This document shows positions 28,553-39,306 of a stretch of 64,000 bases of DNA, in pieces. How positions within the stretch are numbered: the first letter of the stretch is position 1; each line of letters begins with the position of its first letter. The position numbers and the translations under genes were made by a program. The DNA lies in assembly GCA_963666215.2 (NCBI GenBank), contig CAXWPL010000004.1, positions 288,001 through 352,000 of the forward strand, given 5' to 3'. This DNA is from Acidobacteriota bacterium (GTDB taxonomy: Bacteria; Acidobacteriota; UBA890; WLXD01). The notes under the pieces are model-generated. The model was not told the origin of the DNA. It saw only the letters and a list, made by a program, of their open reading frames with translations, and did no database searches.

Positions 28553-29502
28553 GCATCTCCAAGGAAGTCATGGGTGACTCCCGCACGGTGGAACCGGCGC
28601 ACGCTGTGGATCAACCCGAGACCGCTGCCGGCATGACTTCGGGGCGACTCGTGGCAGCCCAGATCCTGACGCTAATTGGCTACTCCTTCCGTGAGGCGCG
28701 CCACAAATGGACGCTCATCGCGACGACGGCGGCGACCACCGTGTTCCTGATTGTGCTGCCGGTCGTCTTCAACCTCGACATCGTTGAAGGAACAATCGCC
28801 TCGGCGCGCTTGATGAGCGGCTTCGAGGTCGACTTCGGTGGCATCAGGGTGAGCGACCTTGTGGTGCGAATCCAACAGGTAATCGCCGTTGTGCTGAACT
28901 CGTTCGGCATCATGTTGGCGCTCTTCATCACTGGAAACGTGATCCCGCGCACACTCACCGTGGGCTGGGGCGACCTACTGATGGCGCAGCCAATCGCCCG
29001 GCCAACGCTCATCGTGGGCCGCACGCTCGGCGCTATCGGGGTGGTCACTGCCAACCTCGCGTACCTGGTGCTGGGAAGCTGGGCGATCCTCACCTGGAAA
29101 ACCGGCTTCGGCAACGCTGGCTTCCTCAGCGCTGGATTCCTGATCCTTGTGACCTACGTCGCCTGCTACGCCGGCATGGTGCTCGTGGGCGTGATGACCC
29201 GCAGCAGCCCGGTAAGCGTGGTTGCCGGCATGTTCATCTGGTTCGTCGGCGTGCCGCTCAACGGACTCCACTACTATGAGGACTGGCGCTTCGCGCTTCG
29301 CGCCGGATGGGCGCGAACGCTTGGCGAAGGCATCGTCGACAGCTTGTACTGGATCATGCCGAAGACCGGCGAACTGGCTGTGGGAGTGGCCGCGGCCGCC
29401 CAGGCCGAGACGTTCTCGCTCAGCCCGGTGCTGTGGTCCCTACCCTTCGCCATCGGATGTATTGGGTTGGCCTGCTTGTGGGTTTCCCGTCAGGATTACT
29501 AG
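28549..29502 (+). CDS. ABC-2 type transporter permease
   Basis: Multi-TM; translationally coupled to the ATPase (ATGA overlap); LLMAQPIAR motif. Confidence 0.85.
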   Translation: MSISKEVMGDSRTVEPAHAVDQPETAAGMTSGRLVAAQILTLIGYSFREARHKWTLIATTAATTVFLIVLPVVFNLDIVEGTIASARLMSGFEVDFGGIRVSDLVVRIQQVIAVVLNSFGIMLALFITGNVIPRTLTVGWGDLLMAQPIARPTLIVGRTLGAIGVVTANLAYLVLGSWAILTWKTGFGNAGFLSAGFLILVTYVACYAGMVLVGVMTRSSPVSVVAGMFIWFVGVPLNGLHYYEDWRFALRAGWARTLGEGIVDSLYWIMPKTGELAVGVAAAAQAETFSLSPVLWSLPFAIGCIGLACLWVSRQDY

Positions 29503-29642
29503 TTTGGACGGCCGCAAGAGCGGCGGTGATGCCGCGAACCGAATCCAGATCCGAAGAAACGCCGTACTGAAACAACGAAGCTCACACCAACAACCGACAG
29601 GCGAAACGCAACATCGATCCCGCCTGTCGAGGAGATCCCGAG

Positions 29643-30740
29643 ATGATGACTACACGATTCGCGCGGCTGCGCAGCCCGCTACTCGCAATCGGCCCGCTCA
29701 TGCTGCTCGGGTTGGCGTGTCCAGCGAGCAACACGCCCGCCTCCAGCGAGAGCTCCCGTGGAAGTAGCGAGACAGCTCCGCAGGGAGACCTGATCGCACT
29801 TCTCCCGGCCGACGCCGCCACCATCGGCTGGATCGACCTCGAGCAGCTGCGCACGAGCTCGCTGTTCAGCATGTTCGTCAGCGACGACGGCCGTCTCTCG
29901 AGCTCCGAGGATCTCAACGAATTCATTACTGAGACCGGCATCGACCCGCGCAACGACCTGCATCGGATGGCGTTCGTCTTTGGCAACCCCACGCAGCCGG
30001 GCAGCTGGGAGCAAGGCGGCTTCGTGGTCCAGGCGACGTTCGACGCTGGCATGGCCCGCGAGAAGCTGGCCGAGCTGCCGACGGAGGAGTACGGCGGGAG
30101 CACCATCTACCACATCGCCGGCTGGCAACAACGCCGCGGCGATGACGACGCGACCAACCCCGAAGACGAGGAAACCGACATCGACGTCGAGGGCTTCGTC
30201 ACGCTGCTCGACGACCAAACGGTGGCGTTCGGCAGCGCCTCCGCCCTGCGAGGCATTATCGATGTGGCCAGCGGCGGTGCCGCTTCGGCACGCTCGAACA
30301 GCCGCCTCATGTCGCTGCTCGAGGACGTCACGGCGGGAAGCCAGCTATGGTTCGTATCTGCTCACGACGACATGTTCACCGACTTGCCCGCCGGCGATGA
30401 CAATCCCATGTCGCAGCTGCCATGGGACAAGATCAAGTCGCTGATCGTGGCGGCCAACCTCGCCGACGGCATCGACTTGAAACTGCGCGGCAGGACGGCT
30501 TCGAAACAAGATGCCAAGCTGCTGGGCGACTCGCTCAACGGCATGCTGGCTCTGGGCAAGATGATGCTGCAAAGCAACGACCCGGCCCTTTTCGAAATTC
30601 TCGACGCTGGCGTCGAAGCCGGCAGCAACGGGCAGGACGTCACCGTCCGGGCGGAGCTTTCTCTCGAGGACATTCAGGCCATACAGGCGTTCGTCGAGAC
30701 ACAGTTCGGCGAGGCGATGAGCGGTCGCGAGGCTGCGTAG
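29643..30740 (+). CDS. Hypothetical lipoprotein
   Basis: Lipobox LGLAC; LLPADA..IG.ID; typical codon pattern; downstream of the ABC genes. Confidence 0.8.
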   Translation: MMTTRFARLRSPLLAIGPLMLLGLACPASNTPASSESSRGSSETAPQGDLIALLPADAATIGWIDLEQLRTSSLFSMFVSDDGRLSSSEDLNEFITETGIDPRNDLHRMAFVFGNPTQPGSWEQGGFVVQATFDAGMAREKLAELPTEEYGGSTIYHIAGWQQRRGDDDATNPEDEETDIDVEGFVTLLDDQTVAFGSASALRGIIDVASGGAASARSNSRLMSLLEDVTAGSQLWFVSAHDDMFTDLPAGDDNPMSQLPWDKIKSLIVAANLADGIDLKLRGRTASKQDAKLLGDSLNGMLALGKMMLQSNDPALFEILDAGVEAGSNGQDVTVRAELSLEDIQAIQAFVETQFGEAMSGREAA

Positions 30741-30804
30741 CACGCTCTGCGACCCTCTGGGACGTAGAACGCAAGGTGGGCGGAGGCACGCCCACCGCTG
30801 CCTG

Positions 30805-32223
30805 TCAGTTGGTTGGCCGGCGCGCAGCCAGCAGCACCAGCATGTCGTAGAGCATACGCGGCGCCTCGATCACGGCCTCTACGCTCAAGCGTTCGTCGTT
30901 ACCATGCGCCGGGCCGTCGCCGGTGCGACCGACAATCGGCGACCAGCCGTAGGCGACGATACCTGCCTCACGGAAGAAGTGGCTGTCGGTGAAGCCACCG
31001 AGGACTGTCGGAACAACCAACGCGTTGGCGTCGTGCTCACGGGCCGCCTCTTCTATTGCGCGCCAGAGTGCGGTGTCGCGCGGCGACGCCGAGGGCTGGA
31101 AGCGCAGAATCGTCTCGATCTCCACGTCGTCGTCGTCGATGACCTCGCGCAGCGTGGCGATGAACAGATCCGGGTTCTCTCCCGGCAGCAGGCGGCAATC
31201 AAGCTCGGCCGTTGCCTCGGGCGATATCACGTTGGTCTTGTTGGAGCCGGTGAGCGCGGTGATCGAAATCGTATTTCGCAGCAGAGGCCCGAACCGCTGA
31301 TCGATGGAGGCGAGAAAGGCCGGGTCGCCGATGCTGCGCTCTACGGCCAGCAGCGCCGCCGCTCGCCCAGGGTCGGTCTCGAGCGCTGCGCTCGATCGCA
31401 GCGCCTCGGCCACCGGCGGAACCAGGCGGATTTGTGAGCGGAACGTGCGCACACGATCCAGGGCGCGGACGAGCCGGTTGGCGGCCGAATCGGCGATTGG
31501 ACGCGAGCCGTGTCCGGCAACCCCAGTAGCCTTCAGGCGTAGCCACAGAGGCGTTTTCTGCGTGGTTTCGATGTTGTGCACCATGCGCCCTTCGGCGCGG
31601 AAAGTAGATCCCCCTTCGGTGAGCGCGAATTCAACCCCGTCGATGAGGTCGCGTCGCTTTTCGACAATGTATCCAGCGCCCTCGAAGCCACCGGTCTCCT
31701 CCGCGGCCGTGCCCAGAAACATCACGTCACGACCGAGTGGTACGCCGGCTCGATGCAACGCCAGCATGGCCGCCAGCTGCACCGCGGCGTCGGCCTTCAT
31801 GTCGGTGACACCGCGACCATAAATGCGACCGTCGCGGATGACACCGCTCAGGGGCTCGACACTCCAATAGCGGGGGTCGGCGGGCACCACGTCCATGTGA
31901 TTGAGCAGGACGACGTGACCACCACGACTGCCGTCGCCCGCCAGTCGCGCCACGATATTGCCGCGGCCGGGCTCGCTCTCGAAGACCTCGAATGGGATTC
32001 CCGCGGCCTCGAAGCGCTCGGCAAAGAAGCGCGCCCCACGGATCTCGTTGCCGGGCGGATTGATCGTGTCGACCTGCAGGTAGTCCTGCAGCGTCTCGAG
32101 AGTCTCGCGACCGATCCGCCGCCAGTCCAAAGCCGCGGTTTGCGCGGCGGTCTGCGACGCGGCCGGTAGCACCACGAGCAGAGCGGTGATCGTCGCGAGG
32201 GCCAGTACGGGCAATCGGCGCAT
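30805..32223 (-). CDS. M20/M25/M40 family metallopeptidase (secreted)
   Basis: TINPPGNE, NHMDVV, GRGVTDMK, AEETGG, GHGS, HGNDE. Confidence 0.92.
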   Translation of the reverse strand: MRRLPVLALATITALLVVLPAASQTAAQTAALDWRRIGRETLETLQDYLQVDTINPPGNEIRGARFFAERFEAAGIPFEVFESEPGRGNIVARLAGDGSRGGHVVLLNHMDVVPADPRYWSVEPLSGVIRDGRIYGRGVTDMKADAAVQLAAMLALHRAGVPLGRDVMFLGTAAEETGGFEGAGYIVEKRRDLIDGVEFALTEGGSTFRAEGRMVHNIETTQKTPLWLRLKATGVAGHGSRPIADSAANRLVRALDRVRTFRSQIRLVPPVAEALRSSAALETDPGRAAALLAVERSIGDPAFLASIDQRFGPLLRNTISITALTGSNKTNVISPEATAELDCRLLPGENPDLFIATLREVIDDDDVEIETILRFQPSASPRDTALWRAIEEAAREHDANALVVPTVLGGFTDSHFFREAGIVAYGWSPIVGRTGDGPAHGNDERLSVEAVIEAPRMLYDMLVLLAARRPTN

Positions 32224-32337
32224 CGAATCTCACTCCGTGACGGTCGCCAACAACGTCGACAGGCTAACCTATTGTGCCGACTGCCATTTCGACGATTTTC
32301 AATTCTGGGGCGACGCTACCGGAGTGGGTTGAAAGCC

Positions 32338-33396
32338 ATGAAACGAACCGTGCTCATCGCCGCAACGGCGATCCTGCTTCTGGGCGTCGCCTACGTGCTC
32401 GGCTACTTCAACGAGCTCGGCGCGTGGCTGCCTGGCGGGTCATCGATCGAGGTCCACAAGCAACGCTTCGATGCCGATGGCGACGGCACCGTTGACCTCA
32501 AGCGATGGCGCATCGGGTCTGGAGAGACGCCACTGGCGGCCCTGTGGCGTTGGGATCGCGACGGTGATGGCAACCCCGAGGTCATCGCGTTCGACTCGGT
32601 GGCCGACGCCGACGGCGGCCTCACCGCAACCGGAGCCGTGACAGCCTGGGACATCGGCAATGACGGCGTGCTGGATGAGGGCACAGTTCCGGCGCAGCTG
32701 CAAGAGCTGCTGCGCTCGGAGGAGGTCAACGAAGCGTCGGTTGCGGCGGGCGAGGGCGACCTCGAGCTCGTCGACATGCAAACACGCTCCTTCGTCGACG
32801 AGATCCACGAACGCTACGACGCCTGGCGCTTGTCGGGCTTTCGCCTGCCCATCGTCGGGGCCAAGTTGCCCGATGCCGACCGTTTGCTGCCCGAGGCACA
32901 ACGAGTCTACCGCCACGGCATCCACCAGGGATTCGACATGTACCCCGGCCACGTCGGGGTCCCCACCGGCTGGAATGGCCCCGTGACGGCGTCGAAGGAC
33001 GGCACCGTAATCCGCGCCGACACGCATTTCACCGAGCTCACGCTGACGCAGTACAACGAGCTGATCGCGCTGTCCAAGGAAGCCGGAATGACACCTGCTG
33101 ATGCTCTCGAGCGACTCCGTGGGCGGCAGGTGTGGATCGATCATGGCCACGGCATCGTCACTCGCTACTGCCATCTCGAGCGCGTCGCGGACGGCATCGT
33201 CGAGGGGGCTAGCGTCGAGGCCGGCGACGTTGTCGCTACGGTTGGCAACTCCGGAACAATCGATGGGGTGCGCGGCAGCGAGGCGGGCGCGCACCTTCAC
33301 TTCGAGCTCCGCATCGACGACAGCTACCTCGGCCACGGGTTGACCGCGGAGCAAATCCGCGCCGCCGGTCGAACCATCTTCGGCCTCAGCGAGTAG
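32338..33396 (+). CDS. M23 family metallopeptidase with DxDGDG repeats
   Basis: HQGFD, YCHL, HLHFE; N-terminal TM and FDADGDG / WDRDGDG / WDIGNDG repeats. Confidence 0.9.
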   Translation: MKRTVLIAATAILLLGVAYVLGYFNELGAWLPGGSSIEVHKQRFDADGDGTVDLKRWRIGSGETPLAALWRWDRDGDGNPEVIAFDSVADADGGLTATGAVTAWDIGNDGVLDEGTVPAQLQELLRSEEVNEASVAAGEGDLELVDMQTRSFVDEIHERYDAWRLSGFRLPIVGAKLPDADRLLPEAQRVYRHGIHQGFDMYPGHVGVPTGWNGPVTASKDGTVIRADTHFTELTLTQYNELIALSKEAGMTPADALERLRGRQVWIDHGHGIVTRYCHLERVADGIVEGASVEAGDVVATVGNSGTIDGVRGSEAGAHLHFELRIDDSYLGHGLTAEQIRAAGRTIFGLSE

Positions 33397-33429
33397 TCGC
33401 CGCAGGTTGCTGAGATTGCGCCGGGCCTG

Positions 33430-33870
33430 CTAGCGCGGGAACCAGACGAGCAGGAACGCCCAGTTCGCAGCCAGCAGCCCCACACCGAGCCAACGTCCGT
33501 GGGCGCCGCCAAGTCCCGCGAAGAAGCTCAACACGGGATGTTTCAACGGAGCCGGCGAAAGATCTCTCAACAGACCCGACAGCTCGAGGCCTTGCCCCGC
33601 GACCACCCTCGCCGTCGCCAACGGCACGAATGCCAGCGAGGCCATCGCCACCAGCCCGGCGAGCGGATTCCAGGCGAGAGCCTCACCCCAGGCTCCGCGA
33701 ACAACAGCGACGAAGGCCCGTGTGGCTCCGCAGGTAGGGCACGGAATGCCGGCCAGCGTGAGCGTCGGGCACGCCACCACGATGTGCTCGCTCCAGAAAG
33801 GATAGAGGACCGCCGCACCCAGCAAACCGACGGCCACGACCAGAGCAATCGTCAGGTCGTCACGGCTCAT
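33430..33870 (-). CDS. DUF2752 domain membrane protein
   Basis: CP...LAGIPCPTCGATRA...G.W.EA..WNP. Confidence 0.88.
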   Translation of the reverse strand: MSRDDLTIALVVAVGLLGAAVLYPFWSEHIVVACPTLTLAGIPCPTCGATRAFVAVVRGAWGEALAWNPLAGLVAMASLAFVPLATARVVAGQGLELSGLLRDLSPAPLKHPVLSFFAGLGGAHGRWLGVGLLAANWAFLLVWFPR

Positions 33871-33925
33871 GAGAGATCTCGTCGGCTGTCCAGGCCTTGC
33901 GTCGCGAAACCCGTCGGAGCTGCAT

Positions 33926-34642
33926 TCAGGTGATCTGCCCGGCGCCCAGCAGAATGGCGGTGAACGCGCTGAAGAGGAAGAAGCCGCAGAGGCAAACCAC
34001 GACCACGGGCACGAGCACCGCGGCCAGGGCGCGCGACTGGGGTACCCCGTGGGCCTCCCGGATGCCGATGATCATCACCACGGAGCCCCAGACGAAGGCG
34101 ATGATGCCACCGCACATCGGCACGATCTGAATGAGGCTGGTCGAGCCCCAGACGTAGGCAACGACGCGGTAGGTCGTCTCGAGCGGCTGTGGGGCGCCAC
34201 CGAACAGCAGCAGCGCAAGGTGATAGATGAGGGCGCCGATGGCGGTCAGGACGACCATCATGAACGGAGCCAGTACCAGGCTCCACATGCCGATGCCTCC
34301 AGCGCCGGTGAACGCCGCGAGCTCGTCACCCATCATCGAAGCCGTCCAACCTTCGAACATCGAACGCCAAATCAACGCGAAGAACGTTCCGACTGTTCCC
34401 AGGACGGCGACGTACAACGTCGGATCGCCGAGCCCGCCAACCTGGCGCATCATGCGGAACGCCCTGGCGGGCTCGGTGAGCACCAGCCTCAACGTCTCCA
34501 CCGCTGCTGCTAGCTGCCCGCCACCTTCGCGCTCCCACGGCAGCCCTTGACGCTCCGCCTGAGCGTCTGCCGCCGAATGTGACTCGGCATCCGGCTGCGC
34601 GGCCGATCCGTGCTCCTGCTCACCGAAGTCGTCGGTACTCAA
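33926..34642 (-). CDS. YIP1 family membrane protein
   Basis: LPWE...ET..LVL..P..AF; TYRVVAY; IVPMCG; GIREAH. Confidence 0.85.
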   Translation of the reverse strand: MSTDDFGEQEHGSAAQPDAESHSAADAQAERQGLPWEREGGGQLAAAVETLRLVLTEPARAFRMMRQVGGLGDPTLYVAVLGTVGTFFALIWRSMFEGWTASMMGDELAAFTGAGGIGMWSLVLAPFMMVVLTAIGALIYHLALLLFGGAPQPLETTYRVVAYVWGSTSLIQIVPMCGGIIAFVWGSVVMIIGIREAHGVPQSRALAAVLVPVVVVCLCGFFLFSAFTAILLGAGQIT

Positions 34643-34814
34643 CGTCTGCCTCCTTCAAATCGCGGTTTCCAGGCCTTTTCAGGAAAAGCTTTAGCGCCCG
34701 ACAGCCCTCTTCCGCTATGGTATTAGGAACCGGCCTGCGACAGCGCCTCGTTGGACCCGTGCCCCTGTTCGAATAACCCGACGGTTACCCGCCGTCTACG
34801 ACTTTTGGTGATTT

Positions 34815-36491
34815 ATGACGTCTCTTCGCAGGGCCTCGGTGGTCATCGTGTTGGTTACGGCGGTTGCAGTCTCCATCGGAGCCGGGCCGGGCACCTTCTC
34901 GCAGGCGCAGGACTTCTATCGCCGCATCCAGATCCTCGGTCAGACGTTCGAGCTCATCCAGATGCACTACGTCGAGGAGGTCGACGCCGACGAGCTGTTC
35001 TCCTCGGCGATCAACGGGGCCCTCGAAGATCTCGACCCGCACTCTCACTACTACAGCGCCGACGAGTACAAGACCCTCACCGAGCGCTATCGCGGCGACT
35101 ACTTCGGTATCGGAATCCAGTTCGACATCTTCAACGGGGTCCTGACCGTGCTCGACGCCCTCGAGGGTGGCCCCTCGCAGGCCCTCGGGCTGCGGCCTGG
35201 CGATCAAATTGTCGGGATCAACGGCGAGAACGCCGTCGGGCTCGACGTCGACCAGGTGTACGAGAAGCTGCGCGGGCCCAAGGGCACCGACGTCAACGTC
35301 ACCGTGGCGCGCCCAGCTCTCGACAACGAGCGGTTCGAGTACACGATCACGCGCGATAAGGTCGACGTGTCGCCCATCCTCACCGCGACGATGCTCGAGG
35401 GCGACGTCGGCTACGTGGCTCTGAGCACGTTCTCGCAGCGGGGCGCGCTGGAGCTCGAGCGTCACCTGCGCGAGTTCGAAGAACGCGGCATGCATGGCTT
35501 CATCCTCGATCTGCGCGGCAACCGCGGCGGGTTGATGAACCAGGCCGTGCGCATCACCGACAAATTCATCGGCGGCGACAAGAAGATCGTCTACACCCAG
35601 GGACGCACGCCGAACTCCAACGGCGAGAATTTCTCGACCGACCGCGAAACTCATCCACGGTTCCCGATGGTTGTTCTCGTAGACCACAACTCGGCAAGCG
35701 CGTCGGAGATCGTCGCCGGCGCGCTGCAGGACTGGGATCGCGCGCTCATCGTCGGGCAGCTCACCTGGGGCAAGGCGCTGGTACAGAACCAGTTCCCGTT
35801 CCAGGACGGCTCGGCGCTCTTCCTGACGATCGCCCGCTACTACACTCCGAGCGGCCGCCTGATTCAGCGACCCTACTCGAGCGGTGACGACATGGAGTAC
35901 CTGCAGCCCGACTGGGATGCGCTCGAGGCGGAGGTCGCAATGACGGGCGAGGCAGCTCCTGCCGAGGCACTCGATGCGACAGAGCGGCCGGTCTTCTACA
36001 CCGCCGCCGGGCGTCCGGTTCAAGGTGGTGGCGGCATCGTGCCCGACACCACCGTCGAGCCCACAAAGGTCTCTCGACTGTCGCTGCTGCTCAACTTCCC
36101 ACGCACGGGCTTCCAGTTCGCCACGCGCTACGTTGCGGGCAACGCCGCGAGTCTTCCCACGAGCCTCGAGAGCTACATCGAGGACTTCGAGATCACCGAC
36201 GAGATCCTCGACGAGTACATCGACTTCGTGCTGAGCCCGAGCGTGCAAGAGAGCTTCGAGGCGGCGCCCATCAAGATCGATCGGGAATCACTCGACGCGG
36301 TTCGCGACGACCTGCGGATGTACCTGCGGGCCGATATCGCGGCGAACGTTTGGGGGCAGGGAGCTGGCCGAATCGTCCTGCTGGGCTACCAGAATGTCCT
36401 CGAGGAGGCTTTGCGCCAGATGCCTCAGGCGGCGGCGCTGCTCGACATGAAGCCGCAGCTGGCCGGCGGCGGAGCCAACTCGGCCCACTAG
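34815..36491 (+). CDS. ctpA: S41 carboxy-terminal processing protease (PDZ)
   Basis: LDPHSHY, GIGI, LRGPKGT, LDLRGNRGG, SASASEIVAGALQD, TWGK, ARYYTPSGR. Confidence 0.95.
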   Translation: MTSLRRASVVIVLVTAVAVSIGAGPGTFSQAQDFYRRIQILGQTFELIQMHYVEEVDADELFSSAINGALEDLDPHSHYYSADEYKTLTERYRGDYFGIGIQFDIFNGVLTVLDALEGGPSQALGLRPGDQIVGINGENAVGLDVDQVYEKLRGPKGTDVNVTVARPALDNERFEYTITRDKVDVSPILTATMLEGDVGYVALSTFSQRGALELERHLREFEERGMHGFILDLRGNRGGLMNQAVRITDKFIGGDKKIVYTQGRTPNSNGENFSTDRETHPRFPMVVLVDHNSASASEIVAGALQDWDRALIVGQLTWGKALVQNQFPFQDGSALFLTIARYYTPSGRLIQRPYSSGDDMEYLQPDWDALEAEVAMTGEAAPAEALDATERPVFYTAAGRPVQGGGGIVPDTTVEPTKVSRLSLLLNFPRTGFQFATRYVAGNAASLPTSLESYIEDFEITDEILDEYIDFVLSPSVQESFEAAPIKIDRESLDAVRDDLRMYLRADIAANVWGQGAGRIVLLGYQNVLEEALRQMPQAAALLDMKPQLAGGGANSAH

Positions 36492-37123
36492 CCTTCGTCG
36501 GCCGACCCTGTTGAATGGCGCCTCGGCGGCCTGGGGCTTACGCCCGGCTCAACCCCGGATCGGGTTGAAACAGCGCCGCGGAATCTCCAAAGCCAGAGAG
36601 CGATGGCGGGGGGTGCGACGATGACCACCTCGAGCACCGAGCCGCCGATGTTGTTGCGTGAGAACAAGCTCAGAAGCCACGGCACGACCTCGACTCTGCC
36701 GTTCGTCTTCTGAGCGTGCACGAACATGTTGGCCAGATGAACGTGGTCGCTGGAGAATGGCCACAGCATCGGAACGCCGAACGGCGCGCCCAGATCAACC
36801 GTTAGTGAGTCGAGAACCACGTGCGACCCCCACAGCACGCACACGGCGCCGGCCAGACGTAAAGCGCTCCACTCCAGCCCCGAACGGTGGGCAAACAGCC
36901 ACACGACGGCCGCGAGCACCAAGCCGGCCGCCAGGGAATGGGTGAACCCCTGGTGGTACCGGGCCGGCTCTCCCACCATGAGGCCCGGCAAGAAATCGAG
37001 GTCCGGGCCGTTGGCCAGGAACATCGCGGCGAGCCACAGCTTCCATCGCGGCGCCGAGCCGACCGGGCTTGCGACCGCGTAGATGGCGGTCCCGGCGAGC
37101 GAATGGGCGATAGGAAGCGGCAC
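36488..37123 (-). CDS. Inner-membrane metal-dependent hydrolase (YdjM/DUF457-like)
   Basis: AHSLAG, PDLD, HQGFTHSL, SHVVLD, LWPFS. Confidence 0.88.
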   Translation of the reverse strand: MPLPIAHSLAGTAIYAVASPVGSAPRWKLWLAAMFLANGPDLDFLPGLMVGEPARYHQGFTHSLAAGLVLAAVVWLFAHRSGLEWSALRLAGAVCVLWGSHVVLDSLTVDLGAPFGVPMLWPFSSDHVHLANMFVHAQKTNGRVEVVPWLLSLFSRNNIGGSVLEVVIVAPPAIALWLWRFRGAVSTRSGVEPGVSPRPPRRHSTGSADEG

Positions 37124-37274
37124 GGATTCCAGCTCCGCGGCACGTGGTTGCGGGCCGCGTCTTGATGGGCGCTTATACGATGACTAGCATCATCGCATTC
37201 TGTTTCCCTGCGGCGCTCGCTACGACTGCCCGTTGGCGCCGCTCGCACGCGACCCCAATCGAGTACCCGGATCG

Positions 37275-39278
37275 ATGACATCCTCTCGAGGCGCTCTCGA
37301 GCTACCCCAAGAGCCACGCAGAACCCCCTGGCGCCGAGCCCGGAGCACCGGCTTGGCGAGCGTGATGGCGCTGGCGACGATCTTCTCTCCCGCCGAGCCG
37401 CTGGCGCAGCCCATCGCCGCGGATGCGCTCCCGGAATCGGCCCCCGCTGTGGCAATTGGCGACCTGCCGGTTGTTGCTTGGCTGAGCTCGTCTCAGGCCG
37501 GCGCGCGTGTTCGCGCGGTGGCTCCAATCGATCGTCCGTCGATCATGCTCGGGCCTGGCGATGCGGGCAGCGACGGACCTCCGAGCGCATCGGCAGGCGT
37601 CGACGGCACCGTTTGGGTCGTCGCCGCACGGCATCAAGACGGCAGCGCGCGGCTGTGGACCCAGCGCTTGGTGGGCCGTCGTTGGCTGGCTGCCGAAGCC
37701 GGCCCGGACGCCCGGGGCGCCGATCACCATCCTGTAGTCGTTGCCGGACGTCGGAGCACGTGGATCTCGTGGGTTGGCGACACTAAGCGCGGCAGCGGGT
37801 CGCGAACAACTCTGTATGCCGCGCGCTGGAACGATGGCAGTTGGCAGCCGCCAGAAGTCATCTGGCGCGCCAGGTCACACGTTCAGCCGGGCGCCCCGAC
37901 CATCGCTCTCGACAACCATGACAACCCGCTGGTTGCCTGGGCGGCGGCCCCGGCGAGCGCCACCGGCGAATCGGCATTGCCGGAGATCTGGGCTAGTCAG
38001 CGCATTCAGACCGGAAACAACAGCGGCGCCTGGAGCTCGCCCGCGCGCCTGAGCAGCAACCACGTGCCGGACATCCTTCCCAGCGCAACGTTTGCGCGCG
38101 GCGCCTGGCTGGTGAGTTGGGTCAGCTACTCCGACGCGGGCTACCTACCCGTGGCCAGCTTGGCGCACCGAGCTCCAGCATCGGCATTGGCCACCAGCAC
38201 CTCGACGCTCGAATGGAGCCGACCACAATCACTCAGCGACGAGCCTGGATCGGCGCCGCGAGCGCTCGCGAGCGCCGGGCGACCCACGGTCGTTTGGGCC
38301 CGTCCACAAACAACCCCACACTCTGCCACCACGTTGCGGGCCGCGCGCTGGACAGGACAGGGATGGAGCGCGGTCGCAGACATCGGCCAGGCCTACAACG
38401 CTCGATTCGGAGTGACGACCACACAAACGCGGGCTCTGTTGGCGTGGTTCGAGAATGGCTCGCTGCGCGCGGCGGAGGGATCCGACCGTGGCGTCCGCGG
38501 TCGCCGGCATCGCGGCTTCGCGCTCGATTCCATCGAGCTCGCGGCCAGCAACGCCGCGGTCCCTGTGTCGGCGGATTCCGCGGCGATCAATATCGAGCTC
38601 CCAGCACGATTCCGCGGCATGGGCGACAGCATTACAGAGGGCGTCTACCGAGTCGGGGGAACGCGACTGGTGGGTAAGGGGTACTTTCTCAAGCTGGCGA
38701 AGCTGCTGGCCGCGTTCCTCGGAAAGCCCCAGAGCCTCGTCAACGATAGCAGGGGGGGCGAGATCACGAGCGAGGGTGTATCGCGTCTTCGAGGGCTGCT
38801 TGGTGATCACGCCGACATCACGATGATCATGCACGGCACCAACGACATCGTGCAGCTGATCGACCCCGCAACGATCAACTTCAACGTCAAGTTGATGATG
38901 AACGACACGATCGCGGCCGGGAGCTTCCCTGTGATCTCGAACCTTATTCCGGTGTTGGGGCGCTTCTTCGGCCTCAAGCCGCGGGTCGATACATTCAACA
39001 GCTTGATCGCCAATTCCGTGAGGAGGCGCGGCGCCCTCCTGGCAGACAACTTCTCGAGCTTCCACAACCGCTCCGACCTCTTTTCCGATGAGCTGCACCC
39101 CACGCCCGCGGGCTACGACGAGATGGGCACCAACTGGATGGCCGGTATGCAGCTCCTCCTGAGCGTGCTGCTCGAGCAACAGGACGAGGAGAGCGACCTC
39201 GAGAGAGACCAGGTGGTGAACCCCAATCCCAGCCCGGGCGAAACGATCGACCAGCTGAAGTTGCCCGGCTGTTGCTGA
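37275..39278 (+). CDS. SGNH/GDSL esterase with N-terminal beta-propeller-like region
   Basis: GDSITEG, GGEIT, HGTND and DELHP in the C-terminal domain; repeated WSxP/VAW blades in the N-terminal part. Start uncertain. Confidence 0.8.
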   Translation: MTSSRGALELPQEPRRTPWRRARSTGLASVMALATIFSPAEPLAQPIAADALPESAPAVAIGDLPVVAWLSSSQAGARVRAVAPIDRPSIMLGPGDAGSDGPPSASAGVDGTVWVVAARHQDGSARLWTQRLVGRRWLAAEAGPDARGADHHPVVVAGRRSTWISWVGDTKRGSGSRTTLYAARWNDGSWQPPEVIWRARSHVQPGAPTIALDNHDNPLVAWAAAPASATGESALPEIWASQRIQTGNNSGAWSSPARLSSNHVPDILPSATFARGAWLVSWVSYSDAGYLPVASLAHRAPASALATSTSTLEWSRPQSLSDEPGSAPRALASAGRPTVVWARPQTTPHSATTLRAARWTGQGWSAVADIGQAYNARFGVTTTQTRALLAWFENGSLRAAEGSDRGVRGRRHRGFALDSIELAASNAAVPVSADSAAINIELPARFRGMGDSITEGVYRVGGTRLVGKGYFLKLAKLLAAFLGKPQSLVNDSRGGEITSEGVSRLRGLLGDHADITMIMHGTNDIVQLIDPATINFNVKLMMNDTIAAGSFPVISNLIPVLGRFFGLKPRVDTFNSLIANSVRRRGALLADNFSSFHNRSDLFSDELHPTPAGYDEMGTNWMAGMQLLLSVLLEQQDEESDLERDQVVNPNPSPGETIDQLKLPGCC

Positions 39279-39306
39279 CATCAAGTCGATTCGGCCCAGG
39301 AGCCAG

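Noticed and set aside
34785-36248. Long antisense ORFs such as this one, 38995-40410, 17393-18664 and 10438-11637
   Set aside because: They are shadow frames of real genes, as expected in high-GC DNA.
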